From NCBI GenBank assembly GCA_023334545.1, contig JAADVB010000106.1, positions 1 through 58,496 of the forward strand: a DNA stretch of 58,496 nt, written 5' to 3'. The DNA is from Salisapilia sapeloensis CBS 127946. Its lineage: Eukaryota; Protista; Oomycota. Positions 28,050 to 38,530 of this stretch are shown one piece after another. A model generated the notes under the pieces. That model saw only the letters and a list, made by a program, of their open reading frames with translations. It was not told the origin of the DNA and did no database searches. Each line of letters opens with the position of its first letter. The first letter of the stretch is position 1. The position numbers and the translations under genes were made by a program.

Positions 28050-30249
28050 ACTTTTAGTACATTCATTTTGGTTGCCACCTTTGTCGTGATCGTTTCTTGG
28101 TATGCACGTAATTCGCACAATGGCAGAGTACCTGGAACACTTCATTTTTGTTCATTAGCCTATACTTTGCAGTAGGTGGCATCGGTAAAAACTTTACTTT
28201 GACGAAGTTGTTATCGTCTGCTTTCCACTCATTGCTAGGAAGCGGTATTGCTTTATAGCATCTAACATATCTGTTCATATGATGTGAAATGTACGTTGCA
28301 CTGCGTCGATTGATGTATAACAAGATCGAAATGTCATGAACTAAAATAGTGAAAACTATATATATTAAGCTTTCAAGCATCGTGCCATCCAACATATACA
28401 AAGCTTTTAAATGATCGATACCTCTGCTCGCTTCGTCAGGTGGCACTGAACTCGCTTCATCTTCCTTTCACTCTTTTCTAAGCTCGGAGCACTCATCATA
28501 CCCTGTCGCCGTCTCCTACGCTGTCTTCAACGCTGTCGTAGGATAGGCATAAACTATTATGCAAAGATTTGCTTCCACTTTCATCTCGGTATCTTTCGTT
28601 CATCAAGTTTTGGTATTAAAAATAGAAATCTGTCATCGTGGTGGGTAACTTCATGAAATGCTTCGATGCTTCACAACTAGCCTTTGAGAGGTCATTTTTG
28701 GAGACCTCACTCTTTTTGGATCACTAGGCCTCATCTATACTGCATCTGCAGTCAATTCATGGATATACTAGTCTCTATTAAGCTACATTTGAGCATTTAA
28801 AGATGCTAGAAGGACATACTCGAATTCTAGGTCATTGATGGAAACCTGGCTATATTTCTAAGGAAATGTTGTTCTTTACTTTGGTTGTCTACTGCACGAT
28901 GCTTCTTCTTGCAACTGTTTCCTGTGGTGATATAGATTCAATATAGCTCTAAATTATCTCATGAAGGTCGCATTGTCGCTTAAAGTGTCTGGTAACCTTG
29001 CCTCGTACCTTGTCGTATTTGAAGCGATTTATTGCTTCAAAAGAAGAGAAAAAGAAATATCACTTTTTCTTATTTCGTGTATCTCACACTATGAAATGAT
29101 CGTTGATTCAAATTGCAGCAAGTTTTGTCTCGCACAGGAGCAAAATCGTACATGCCTGTTAAAGAGAAGAGTGATGAAGTTGTGAGAGTCGTGCTGAATC
29201 TTCCGGCAGAATTTGGATTGTTGTCTGCCCGCGCGATCTGAAAATCAGGTAGAAGATGAAAATATATTGACCCTATCTCCACACACATCATGTTCGTATG
29301 AAGCAGTTTACGTACTAAAGAGTATCTTTATGCTTAAGTCTCCATGCGTTTGGTGCTTTGCTTGGCAATTCAAAGCTCATTGTAATCGAATAGTGCAATA
29401 AAAAATTTAATCTATGATTAGCTTTGCATGCGTGCCAAAAAGTTCCTCTAGCTATCTCGTGAGTTGAACATGCGAAGAGTCCACTCTTGTTACATGTTTA
29501 CTTTGTTGCCTGTATATCGGTGTATTGATTGAGGAGGTGAGCACATTGATGAAGCGTGAACCGACTTTACGGCTGAAAGTTTGCAGTCGAAATGAAGTTC
29601 AATCGGAAAAGATAGGAGTAGTGAAATTGTAAGTTGTACATCTAGAAAGATGGACAAGATCCTCATGCACGTAAATGCATCTTTCTGACCTACATGTTAT
29701 TGCAACTTTCCGCGAGTAACACCGTTGATAGCGGCGTAAATTGGGCAGATCAATGGTACTGATGGTCTGTGAAACCAAATTAAAGAACCTGCATACATTC
29801 TACTGCATGAGTAAGATGTAGTCTACAGTTAAAGTAAAGGATCAAAGTTGAGAGATCAATTCCGCAAGAGAGCAATTCCTATCCTACCAAAGTCTGCTCC
29901 TAAGCACCAGATCGAATTGAGAGTTTGCATGCTCTATACGTACTGCTACATACTTCTTCCTACCCAGGCTGAAGATCCACAGGGCAAGAAATCTGTAGCA
30001 TCACATTGGTTTCTTTATGTGTTCTAGTAGAGTATGTCTTCAATAAAAGCACCAAGTAGCCAAGTTTCCACCTTACTTTTTCAACTAGGGTAAATATATA
30101 GCTTGCCGAGAGCATGCATTCGACGATATCAATAATCAGCTAGGACCCCCGATGTCCTTCAATGGACTCTTACCATACATCTAGTCTAAAACAGCATGAC
30201 TTGTCATCTACAAATCCATAGGATGTTTCTCGACAGCTAAGCTCCCCGT

Positions 30250-31669
30250 CTAGTCGGCATTCTCTACACTAGGAATAGCACTTGCTCCTTGCTGGAGACC
30301 AAGTGTGACTTCGCGTATACTCTTGGTCTTTCGCTGACGCTTCTTCGGTGGCTCCGGGTGCTCATGTATCTTTTCCACATGCCTCCGGAGCGTCGTCTTG
30401 TAGCCAAACGCTGCTTCGCATCCTTCATAAGTACACTTGAACCGCTTGCTCTTGACCTCGTCATGCACTGCATTGTAGTGCGCCATCCAGTTCGACTTTT
30501 TCGTATACTTTTTTCCACACTCATCCACTGGGCATTCAAACGTCTTTCGTTCGTCGAGACTTTGGAAATGCGTTCGCAAGTGCAGTCGCAACGCTCCTTG
30601 CTTTTGAAATTCACGACTGCATACTTGACACACCAGTTTGCTCCTATTGTCTTCCACCTCTGGTTGGTCCTCCGACTTGTGAGTGTCCTCCACATGCTTC
30701 CGTTTGTCCTCTTCACTTGAGAAAGTCTCATTGCAATCAAGGAAATCACAGAACAAGACACTGATTTGTGCTGTGGGCGTTGTGTTCTGGAGACTGCGAT
30801 GGGACTTAGACAAGTGCTGGTTCAGTTTATACTTTTTCAAAAATGACTGAGAGCAATGAGGACATGGGAATGGCGATAAGCCTGTATGGACAAAGGAATG
30901 CGCTTGGAGGTCTGTTTTCTTCTTAAAGCGCTGGAGACACTGCTCGCATTGAAAAGGGCGGTCTGGATTATCATGCGAACGAAGCATGTGGCGAGTAAGT
31001 CCATGCTTGTACGTGAATGTGGCGCCGCACAGATCACATCGAAAGGGCTTGGAGGATACAGAGTCCTGGTCTTTTGTCTTTACGGCATCAGATTGAGTCT
31101 GTGGAGAAGATAAGGTCGTGTGACTGGCGTTTTGATGCCGAGTCAGGTGCTCTCGCTTGGAAAACTTCCGATGACAGTCTGGAAATGGACAATAGAATGG
31201 GCCTTTGGTCGATAGATGATGCTCACGATAGTGCATCCGAAAGTCGTAACGAGAATTAAAAATATTCTTGCAATGGGGACATGGTATGTCTTGTACTATA
31301 CGATGCAAAAGGATGAGACGAATGATAAATATAATGAAACAAGTACATCGACGTACGACTATGCTGGCGCTCGTGGTGTCGGCGTAGGTGTTTGTTATGT
31401 GAGAAGACTTGATTGCAAATATCACACTTGACATTAGACTCGTTGCCTGTTCCCTTGTGGTCAATCGTCCAGTTCATGCCATTCTCGTCGGATGAGTCTG
31501 AAGACCTGGAGTCTTCGTTTGGCTCGTACGCTTCCTCACCAGAGTCATCATTACTCATAGAAGCTTCGGATGCCCCATTTTCTATGCGCGATAAATTTGA
31601 AATGGTAGATTTGTTTCTGCATGAGCTCATTGATGCCGCTCCATCTACTCCTGATGACACGCTTTTCAT
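30250..31669 (-). CDS. GTF3A: TFIIIA-like multi-C2H2 zinc-finger protein, ten fingers (2 exons; intron 31296-31356)
   Basis: The GTACGT…TAG intron joins the acidic N-terminus and finger 1 to nine more fingers. The last two (CPVDECGKKYTKKSNWMAHYNAVH, CTYEGCEAAFGYKTTLRRHVEKIH) and a basic NLS-like tail are TFIIIA-like. Confidence 0.7.
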
Positions 31670-32573
31670 GCTTGTTGATGACTCGCTAAAAACACATCAA
31701 TAATCTTATTTGTACAATTGTAAGTATAGGTATTTATACATATAATTCTGGACCGCATCATACTGCTACATGGAGGCAAATGATCGCTATAGGGTCTACT
31801 TGTGCGAGTCTTTGCCACAAAAATGGTGTGTAAAGGAAGTGTATAAATGAGCTCAGAGTCCGAGGTCATCTATGTTTGAATCCCATGTTCAGGCCACGCT
31901 CCATATTCTGCGTGGCGAGCTTTGCGTTCATCACAGCTCACCACTTCCTGGAACGAATTTCAACTTTACAACTAAATAGTCTGTGTAGTAAATTAGTCTC
32001 GGTCAGTCTATTTTGCCTAGTCGAGTGTCCATGAGAAGTCGAAGTTTCCACAAGCAAACGGAAAAGTAACTCAAGTTTATCTAGGTCTTTTTCTAGGGTT
32101 TCTTGATTTAAATATCGCATGTGCGATCACTGGTCAATCGAGCTGTCGAGTATGCAAAATCGAAACCTCTGTACGCAGCAGTGACCTCGAATAGAAAGAG
32201 TTAGTTGATTTCAGTGAAGCAGTTGTGTGGGATTGCGTACAGACTAGTAAGCGGAGGGAAATCTAGGATGCGTGGCAAATGGCCTGCTTCAAACCAGGTC
32301 CATGATACCCGTCAAGGAATGATGCTATCCAAGTAGTCTCACGCAGACTACTGTTGCCTCGTGGGCTAGTTTTTTGCTAAGTCAAGAAGACGATAAAGCT
32401 TTCCAACGCCTTCATATTGGCTTTTACGTTGTTCAAACAGAGATTGGTTTGTCGAAGCTTTTGTCTTCACTTTGTGCGTCCGATGATGAGCCATTTCGAA
32501 CATCGCACTATGATCAAATGAGTACCGCTACCTAGGATCACTCAATGACGTCTCCATATCGGCTCTGGTTACT

Positions 32574-32587
32574 TCATTTTTAAATTC
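32574..32587 (+). promoter_or_regulatory. Inr/FPR core promoter of the trypsin pseudogene (TCATTTTTAAATTC)
   Basis: Exact match to TCATTYBNNNWTTY, 24 nt upstream of ATG 32611. Confidence 0.55.
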
Positions 32588-32610
32588 GCTTCCTCCTTGA
32601 CATCACAAGC

Positions 32611-33212
32611 ATGCCATCATCGTCACCTTTCGTCGCATTTTATCGCTCGTATGCTTCGCTTCAAAGTGCATTGAAACCACCGCAGACTTTTACAACGAAA
32701 GCACTGTTTCCACTCAAGTCGACATGAATTTGTCGACAGCAGAGGAAAATCGTGTCATCAATGACAGAATTGCCACGACCAACGATGAGATAAGCGTGGT
32801 TCTCTTAGACGTGCATTTTGGTACTAGTCATGGTCACTGCCCTGGGCCTCTAATATCTCGAGATGCTATCATCACTACTGCACATTGCGTCCTTAATTTA
32901 AATGGTTCAGATATTGAATGGGCAAAAGTGAATGTGTCCGTCGATACGATAGACTGAGACATCAACAAAGGTCCAGGAGAAAATATACCTGTGCGACTCA
33001 CAACTGTGCATCCAAAGATTAATGCAAATACACTTGAATACAATGTCGCTGTCCTCAGACTTAATAGAAGTGTGAGCTACCCGGATGAGTGTGTTTACAT
33101 GAAACTTGGCCGTCATGAACCTTATTTGGACGAAACTGGGAAAGCTAAGACCTTTGCGTGGGGAAAGTATGAGGAGCATTCACCTTCCTCGCTCGAGTAC
33201 AGCCTGCATTGA
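32611..33212 (+). pseudogene. Decayed paralog of the trypsin gene at 14560
   Basis: High nucleotide similarity over the signal/propeptide region. 1-nt deletion at codon 10, in-frame TGA at 32955, catalytic Asp changed to Asn (YNVAVL), TGA at 33210, and no GDSGGP region. Confidence 0.88.
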
Positions 33213-33858
33213 AGTTATATGGAAGTATGACTCATTTCTGACTATTGAAATCCCTTCAGTCGGGTCTTCAGATGAGAACGGATGAAGAGCTACGATTAGA
33301 GCGATGCACGAAAAATTAATCTCAAAGCCTTCCAGACATGACAATAAAATACTAGTTCATGCCATCCATGATTAAATACTCAAGTTCCTTGACCTTATGA
33401 TATATTTGCAGATACCACAATCCCACACTGAGGCGTCGAAGCACAATCGCTTCTGTGAAGAGTCTAAACGATGCTAAAAAGGTTATGGTGTATACGGGCG
33501 AGTGTGCGTGCTATTCATACCCTCATATTTGGCGTTTATATTGACATATATGTCGGACGTAGTAGATGTTCCGACGCAAATGATACAAAGGTCCAGATAG
33601 TCTATACACATTCATACTGCTAATATCCCAATTAAGCTCACAAATCAAGACACTTGGTCGCTGCGTATTGACTCGAAGAGCATCGTCAATCATGTAACTG
33701 CCTCTGACTAATCTATTAATAAACGCGGCCAAGGACAGCTTTTTTGTGAAACGACTTCCGTTATTGCCAAGTCTATTTGGTCTTCATTATCTCCAACAGC
33801 CCCATCCGCCTCCACCTAAGCGACTACAAGCACCGGTGTCTGACTCGGCGCGGGAGCC

Positions 33859-34525
33859 ATGTTCAAGAACACTTTCCAGTCGGGTTTTCTCTCCATCCTC
33901 TACAGCATCGGGTAATACGTACGTTGATAGATGACCGTCTGGTGTCTAATGTCGATACAGGAGCAAGCCACTGCAGATATGGGATAAGCAAGTCCGCAAT
34001 GGCCATATCAAACGTATTACGGACCAAGACATTCAGTCGTCCGTGCTAGAGATTATGGGCACGAATGTCTCGACGAACTTTATCACGTGTCCAGCGCCAC
34101 CAGCCAAGTCGCTCGGCATCAAACTTCCATTCCTCGTCATGATCGTCAAGAACTTGAAAAAGTATTTCACCTTTGAAGTCCAAGTACTCGACGACAAGAA
34201 TGTCCGGCGTCGCTTCCGAGCGTCCAACTACCAGAGCTCGACGCGAGTGAAACCGTTCATCTGTACCATGCCCATGCGTCTCGACGAAGGGTGGAACCAG
34301 ATCCAGTTCAACCTCTCGGACTTTACTCGTCGAGCTTATGGTACCAACTACATCGAGACGCTACGTGTTCAGATACATGCAAACTGTCGTGTACGTCGCA
34401 TCTACTTTTCCGACCGACTGTACTCGGAAGAAGAGCTTCCGCCAGAGTTTAAGCTCTTTTTACCCGTTCCGAAGGCGAATAACGGGAATGCAGAAGGACA
34501 GCGACAAGAGGAACAAAGTAGCTAA
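33859..34525 (+). CDS. CFAP20: Cilia- and flagella-associated protein 20/Bug22 (2 exons; intron 33912-33960)
   Basis: [18 protein letters not shown]|[44 protein letters not shown]…, near-identical to the canonical family sequence. Confidence 0.97.
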
Positions 34526-34599
34526 TGATAACGAATACCAAAGTGTGCTTTGTTTTCAATGCCTCATGTCGATTGCAACCGCAAGATGAAATACATACC

Positions 34600-35466
34600 T
34601 TACTTTTTCTGAACAAAAGCCTCGAGCAACGCTTGAAACCGTTCCGTCTCGGCCTCGCGGTCCTTCTGCCGCTGCTCACGTGCTTCTTGTCGCACTTGCT
34701 CCCGCTCCATCTGATCCGCCAGGCGCTCCTGCTGACGGCGCTCTGACTCTTCCCGACGGTACATCTGAGACTGCTTCTGCTGCGTCTCGAGCATCTCACG
34801 GAAGGCTGCCATATTCTCCGCTTGTCGGTCCAATAGTCCTTGGAAGAGATCCGCGATTTCTTGGGAAGACACACTCGTGTCAGAGTCATCTCGCTTGTAT
34901 CGCTTAGAGCTGGATGTATTGGATCCAGAGTTTGACCGACGTGGCCTTAGACGCCTCTTCATACTCAGGCCGTGATTCTCCTGCTGCTCACTCGGGTCCG
35001 GATCATCTTCCGTCTCGGCATCCATGATAGCAAGTTCATCCTCCTCCGTTTCGTCTGGACTAGCACTTCCGTTTTTCAAAGGCGGATGTCTGTTCACAGT
35101 AAGTCGCCCTGGTTTCGTGCGTTCAGCGTCACGCATCTGGGCTTCAAGTGCTTCGAGGAGCCGGAATTGGGTCAAAGCTGCTTGCTCCTTCTCAGTCGAC
35201 GGAACGAACGTGTCTGGGTACCCGGCCGAGTTCCGCTGCATCTGACGGTGCTTGAATAGTAGCGCATGGAAGCGTGCTTGGCACGACTTGCCCGAGGTTT
35301 GAATGTTGAAGTCGGGCGATGCGTTGAGTTTCGCGGCGATGCGTTCCCACGCGGCGCCCATGGTGCCCCACGGCGCTGAGAATGGTGAGTCCGCGGACAT
35401 TTGCTGCAGTAGTTGCAGGTTTTCGATCCGCCCGAAGCGCCGGCGAGGACGTGGCGGTGCACTCAT
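34600..35466 (-). CDS. Myb/SANT-like (trihelix, Harbinger ORF1-type) DNA-binding protein with a C-terminal coiled coil
   Basis: F…LL……PF…G….WERIAAKL………GKSCQARFHALL pattern, an acidic/basic linker and an E/R/Q-rich coiled coil. ATG at 35466. Confidence 0.65.
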   Translation of the reverse strand: MSAPPRPRRRFGRIENLQLLQQMSADSPFSAPWGTMGAAWERIAAKLNASPDFNIQTSGKSCQARFHALLFKHRQMQRNSAGYPDTFVPSTEKEQAALTQFRLLEALEAQMRDAERTKPGRLTVNRHPPLKNGSASPDETEEDELAIMDAETEDDPDPSEQQENHGLSMKRRLRPRRSNSGSNTSSSKRYKRDDSDTSVSSQEIADLFQGLLDRQAENMAAFREMLETQQKQSQMYRREESERRQQERLADQMEREQVRQEAREQRQKDREAETERFQALLEAFVQKK

Positions 35467-35507
35467 CGATTCCGTGCTCGTTTGTCTCGTTGGGTGGTGT
35501 GGAAAAG

Positions 35508-35521
35508 AAAAGAGAAAATGA
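35508..35521 (-). promoter_or_regulatory. Inr/FPR core promoter (TCATTTTCTCTTTT)
   Basis: Exact match to TCATTYBNNNWTTY, about 40-55 nt upstream of ATG 35466. Confidence 0.5.
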
Positions 35522-35809
35522 AAGAGTGGCTGGAATTTTCCCTCCAACCTTTTCTACACAATTGTCCACGAAGTTTCGAAGTGAGAGAGAGGGAGATCGA
35601 TACGGAAGATACAAGGGTAGAATCTACGTGCGAGGTAGAGTATATAGAAAGGAGAAAGTAGAGCGTGGCAAAAGGAAAGAAAAGCTCCACCTGATCCTAG
35701 GAAGAAACAAGTACCATCCCCGTACCTCTAGTGACACCACTAAAGTGAGATCGACAGCTGGACCAGCAATGTACCTGGACACTTATTCAAAAATTGCTTG
35801 GTCGGCACT

Positions 35810-36892
35810 ATGACGTCGTCTCCATTGGCATCCCAGCTCCTGTTGCTGTCGTCTTCAGGCTCGCCAGACCTCTTGGCTGTAGATGCAGCCTCTGGGTCTT
35901 CTTACACAACCTTTAAAACGAGTGCAGCATCTCGACTTGGTGTCACATTGCTGCCTCGTACGCAACGCCTGGCAGCAGCCCAGGCCAACAAGCTTGCCAT
36001 TAATATCCTCTCATGGACCTCGGATTCACCTGAATTCAAGTGCCATACTGCTGAAAAGCTAAATGCACTAGTCGTGACAAGCTGTGGCAACTACCTCTTT
36101 GCTGGTGGACTTGCATCGGGTAAAATCTACCTCTGGGACGTAAAAACCGGCGAGCTCGTCACCGTCTTTGATGCCCACTACAAGCGTATTAACGACTTGA
36201 AACTGACCGACGATGACTCCCACCTCATCTCGTGTGGTGATGACGCTGTCATCCACGTCTGGAGACTCGTGGACCTCCTGGATTCGGTCGACAGCACTGA
36301 CTTGAGTGGTTTGACACCTCTCGTGTCGTGGACGGAGCACGTTTTACCAGTCACTCAAGTCCACGTCGGCATGGGAGGAGTAAACGCTCGTATCTACTCT
36401 TGTAGTTTGGACCGGACGATCAAGGTCTGGTCTCTCGCTTCTCCACAAAGTCTCGTGAGCATCTCCTTGCCGTCCTTCATCAATGCCTTGATCTGCGACG
36501 GCATGGAGTCCAGACTCTACGCTGCTTGTGGTGATAGCAAGATCTACAGCCTCGACTTGTCTGCAGCTGCGGCCAAGCTATCGCAAGTCAATGCTCGCAT
36601 CGTGTCCAGCGCTTCCAACGACGAGCTCGTGTCGGATAAGAACGCCTTTGAAGGTCACGAGGATGGCGTCAGTCTCCTCCAGATCAGTGCCTGCGGCCGG
36701 TACCTCGTATCAGCCGACGATCGAGCCGTCATCAAGGTGTGGGAGACTGCTAGTAAGCAGTGTCTACGTTCCCTCACGCCGTTCCAAGGGTCCAAGGGGA
36801 AGATCGAAAGCATGGTACTAACGTCCAAACCGAGTGGAGAAGACGAAAGCTTACCGGTAGCTCCGTTAAAGAAATATATGAATAGCTCTTAG
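35810..36892 (+). CDS. WDR18: WD40 pre-rRNA processing protein Ipi3/WDR18
   Basis: WD repeats. LISCGDDAVIHVWRL and WTEHVLPVTQVHVGMGGVNARIYSCSLDRTIKVW resemble WDR18. Confidence 0.82.
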   Translation: MTSSPLASQLLLLSSSGSPDLLAVDAASGSSYTTFKTSAASRLGVTLLPRTQRLAAAQANKLAINILSWTSDSPEFKCHTAEKLNALVVTSCGNYLFAGGLASGKIYLWDVKTGELVTVFDAHYKRINDLKLTDDDSHLISCGDDAVIHVWRLVDLLDSVDSTDLSGLTPLVSWTEHVLPVTQVHVGMGGVNARIYSCSLDRTIKVWSLASPQSLVSISLPSFINALICDGMESRLYAACGDSKIYSLDLSAAAAKLSQVNARIVSSASNDELVSDKNAFEGHEDGVSLLQISACGRYLVSADDRAVIKVWETASKQCLRSLTPFQGSKGKIESMVLTSKPSGEDESLPVAPLKKYMNSS

Positions 36893-37020
36893 ATGGATAG
36901 AAAATGGTTTCTTGTTTTTTATTCTCGTGGTGAGGTCATCAAACGCGACAGTTCAGCACAAGGGGCGAGTGGACAAGAAAGTCTGCTCGCAGGTGGTGCG
37001 CACAGACCACTAGAGGTAGC

Positions 37021-38454
37021 TTAGTACCTGTAGTGGTGGGGCTTGTACGGACCGTTGACGTTGACGCCAATGTAGTCGGCCTGCTCCTCCGACAGCTCCG
37101 TGAGCTCAGCGCCGAGGTTGGCCAAGTGGAGGCGAGCGACCTTCTCGTCCAAGTGCTTCGGCAGCACGTAGACCTTGCCGGACTCGTAGTCACCCTTGTC
37201 CTTCTTCGTCCAGAGTTCGATCTGAGCGAGCGTCTGGTTGGTGAACGAGTTGGACATGACGAACGACGGGTGACCCGTGGCGCAGCCCAAGTTCAGCAGA
37301 CGGCCCTCCGCGAGCATGATCACACCGTGGCCATCCGGGAAGACGAAACGGTCGACCTGCGGCTTGATGTTGATCTGCTTGGCCTCCTTGACGAGACCAG
37401 CCATATCGATTTCGTTGTCGAAGTGACCAATGTTACCGACGATAGCGTTGTTCTTCATCTTGGCCATGTCCGAGGCCATGATAATGCCCTTGTTACCGGT
37501 CGTCGTGACGAAGATGTCAGCGATCGGGAGCACGGTCTCGAGCTTCACGACCTGGAAGCCGTCCATGCACGCCTGGAGGGCGCAGATGGGGTCGACTTCC
37601 GTCACGTACACGACGGCACCGGCAGCCTTCATGGCCTGGGCAGAACCCTTGCCGACGTCACCGAAACCGCAGATGACAGCACGCTTGCCGGCAAGCATGA
37701 CGTCCGTGGCACGCATGATACCGTCCGGGAGCGAGTGACGGCAGCCGTAGAGGTTGTCGAACTTGGACTTGGTGACCGAGTCGTTGACGTTGATGGCAGG
37801 GAAGTAGAGCTCGCCCTTCTTCTCCATCTGATACAGACGGTGGACACCCGTGGTGGTCTCTTCCGAGACACCCTTGCATCGCTTGGCGGCCTTGGTCCAC
37901 TTCTGGGCGTCCTCCTTGAGCGTGCGGCGGATGATGTTAAGCACGCACTTGTACTCGGCGTTGTCCGTAGAGTTCGGGTCCGGGATCGTGCCATCCTTAG
38001 CGTACGCAGCCTCGGCCTTAGCACCTTCGTGGATAAGCATGGTCATGTCACCACCGTCGTCGACGATAATGTCAGGGCCCTCACCATCCGGCCAGGTGCA
38101 GGCGTTAAGCGTGCACTCCCAGTACTCCTCGAGCGACTCGCCCTTCCAGGCAAACACCGCGGCAGAACCGTCACGCGCGATGGCGGCGGCAGCGTGGTCC
38201 TGGGTGGAGAAGATGTTGCACGAGCACCATCGGATGTCACCGCCAAGCTCCTTGAGCGTCTCGATGAGCACGGCCGTCTGGATCGTCATGTGGAGCGAAC
38301 CAGCAACGCGGGCACCCTTCAACGGCTGCTGCGGGCCGAACTCGGCACGAGACTGCATGAGTCCAGGCATCTCAACCTGGGCCATTTCGATCTCCTTGCG
38401 ACCGAAGTCAGCGAGCGAGATGTCAGCGACGCGGTAGTCTCCTTGGGAAGCCAT
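37021..38454 (-). CDS. AHCY: S-adenosylhomocysteine hydrolase
   Basis: [52 protein letters not shown] and [13 protein letters not shown]. Probable ATG at 38454 (MASQGDYRV). Confidence 0.98.
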   Translation of the reverse strand: MASQGDYRVADISLADFGRKEIEMAQVEMPGLMQSRAEFGPQQPLKGARVAGSLHMTIQTAVLIETLKELGGDIRWCSCNIFSTQDHAAAAIARDGSAAVFAWKGESLEEYWECTLNACTWPDGEGPDIIVDDGGDMTMLIHEGAKAEAAYAKDGTIPDPNSTDNAEYKCVLNIIRRTLKEDAQKWTKAAKRCKGVSEETTTGVHRLYQMEKKGELYFPAINVNDSVTKSKFDNLYGCRHSLPDGIMRATDVMLAGKRAVICGFGDVGKGSAQAMKAAGAVVYVTEVDPICALQACMDGFQVVKLETVLPIADIFVTTTGNKGIIMASDMAKMKNNAIVGNIGHFDNEIDMAGLVKEAKQINIKPQVDRFVFPDGHGVIMLAEGRLLNLGCATGHPSFVMSNSFTNQTLAQIELWTKKDKGDYESGKVYVLPKHLDEKVARLHLANLGAELTELSEEQADYIGVNVNGPYKPHHYRY

Positions 38455-38516
38455 GTCGTTCGGGTTAAGGCGGGGTTTCTTTTTTAACGGCGGTATGGTC
38501 TTGAGGTCCACCCGGC

Positions 38517-38530
38517 GAATCTGGAAATGG
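38517..38530 (-). promoter_or_regulatory. Inr/FPR core promoter of AHCY (CCATTTCCAGATTC)
   Basis: Matches YCATTYBNNNWTTY, about 65-75 nt upstream of ATG 38454. Confidence 0.6.

Noticed and set aside
29171-29241. GTGATGA…CTGA…CTGA pattern (and a similar one at 29547-29575)
   Set aside because: No terminal stem and at most 9 bp of rRNA pairing with a wobble. Expected by chance in AT-rich DNA.
37033-38487. 484-aa antisense ORF spanning AHCY
   Set aside because: It mirrors the sense codons. Strong C/G-ending codon bias removes TTA/CTA/TCA and so removes antisense stops. No domain is recognisable.
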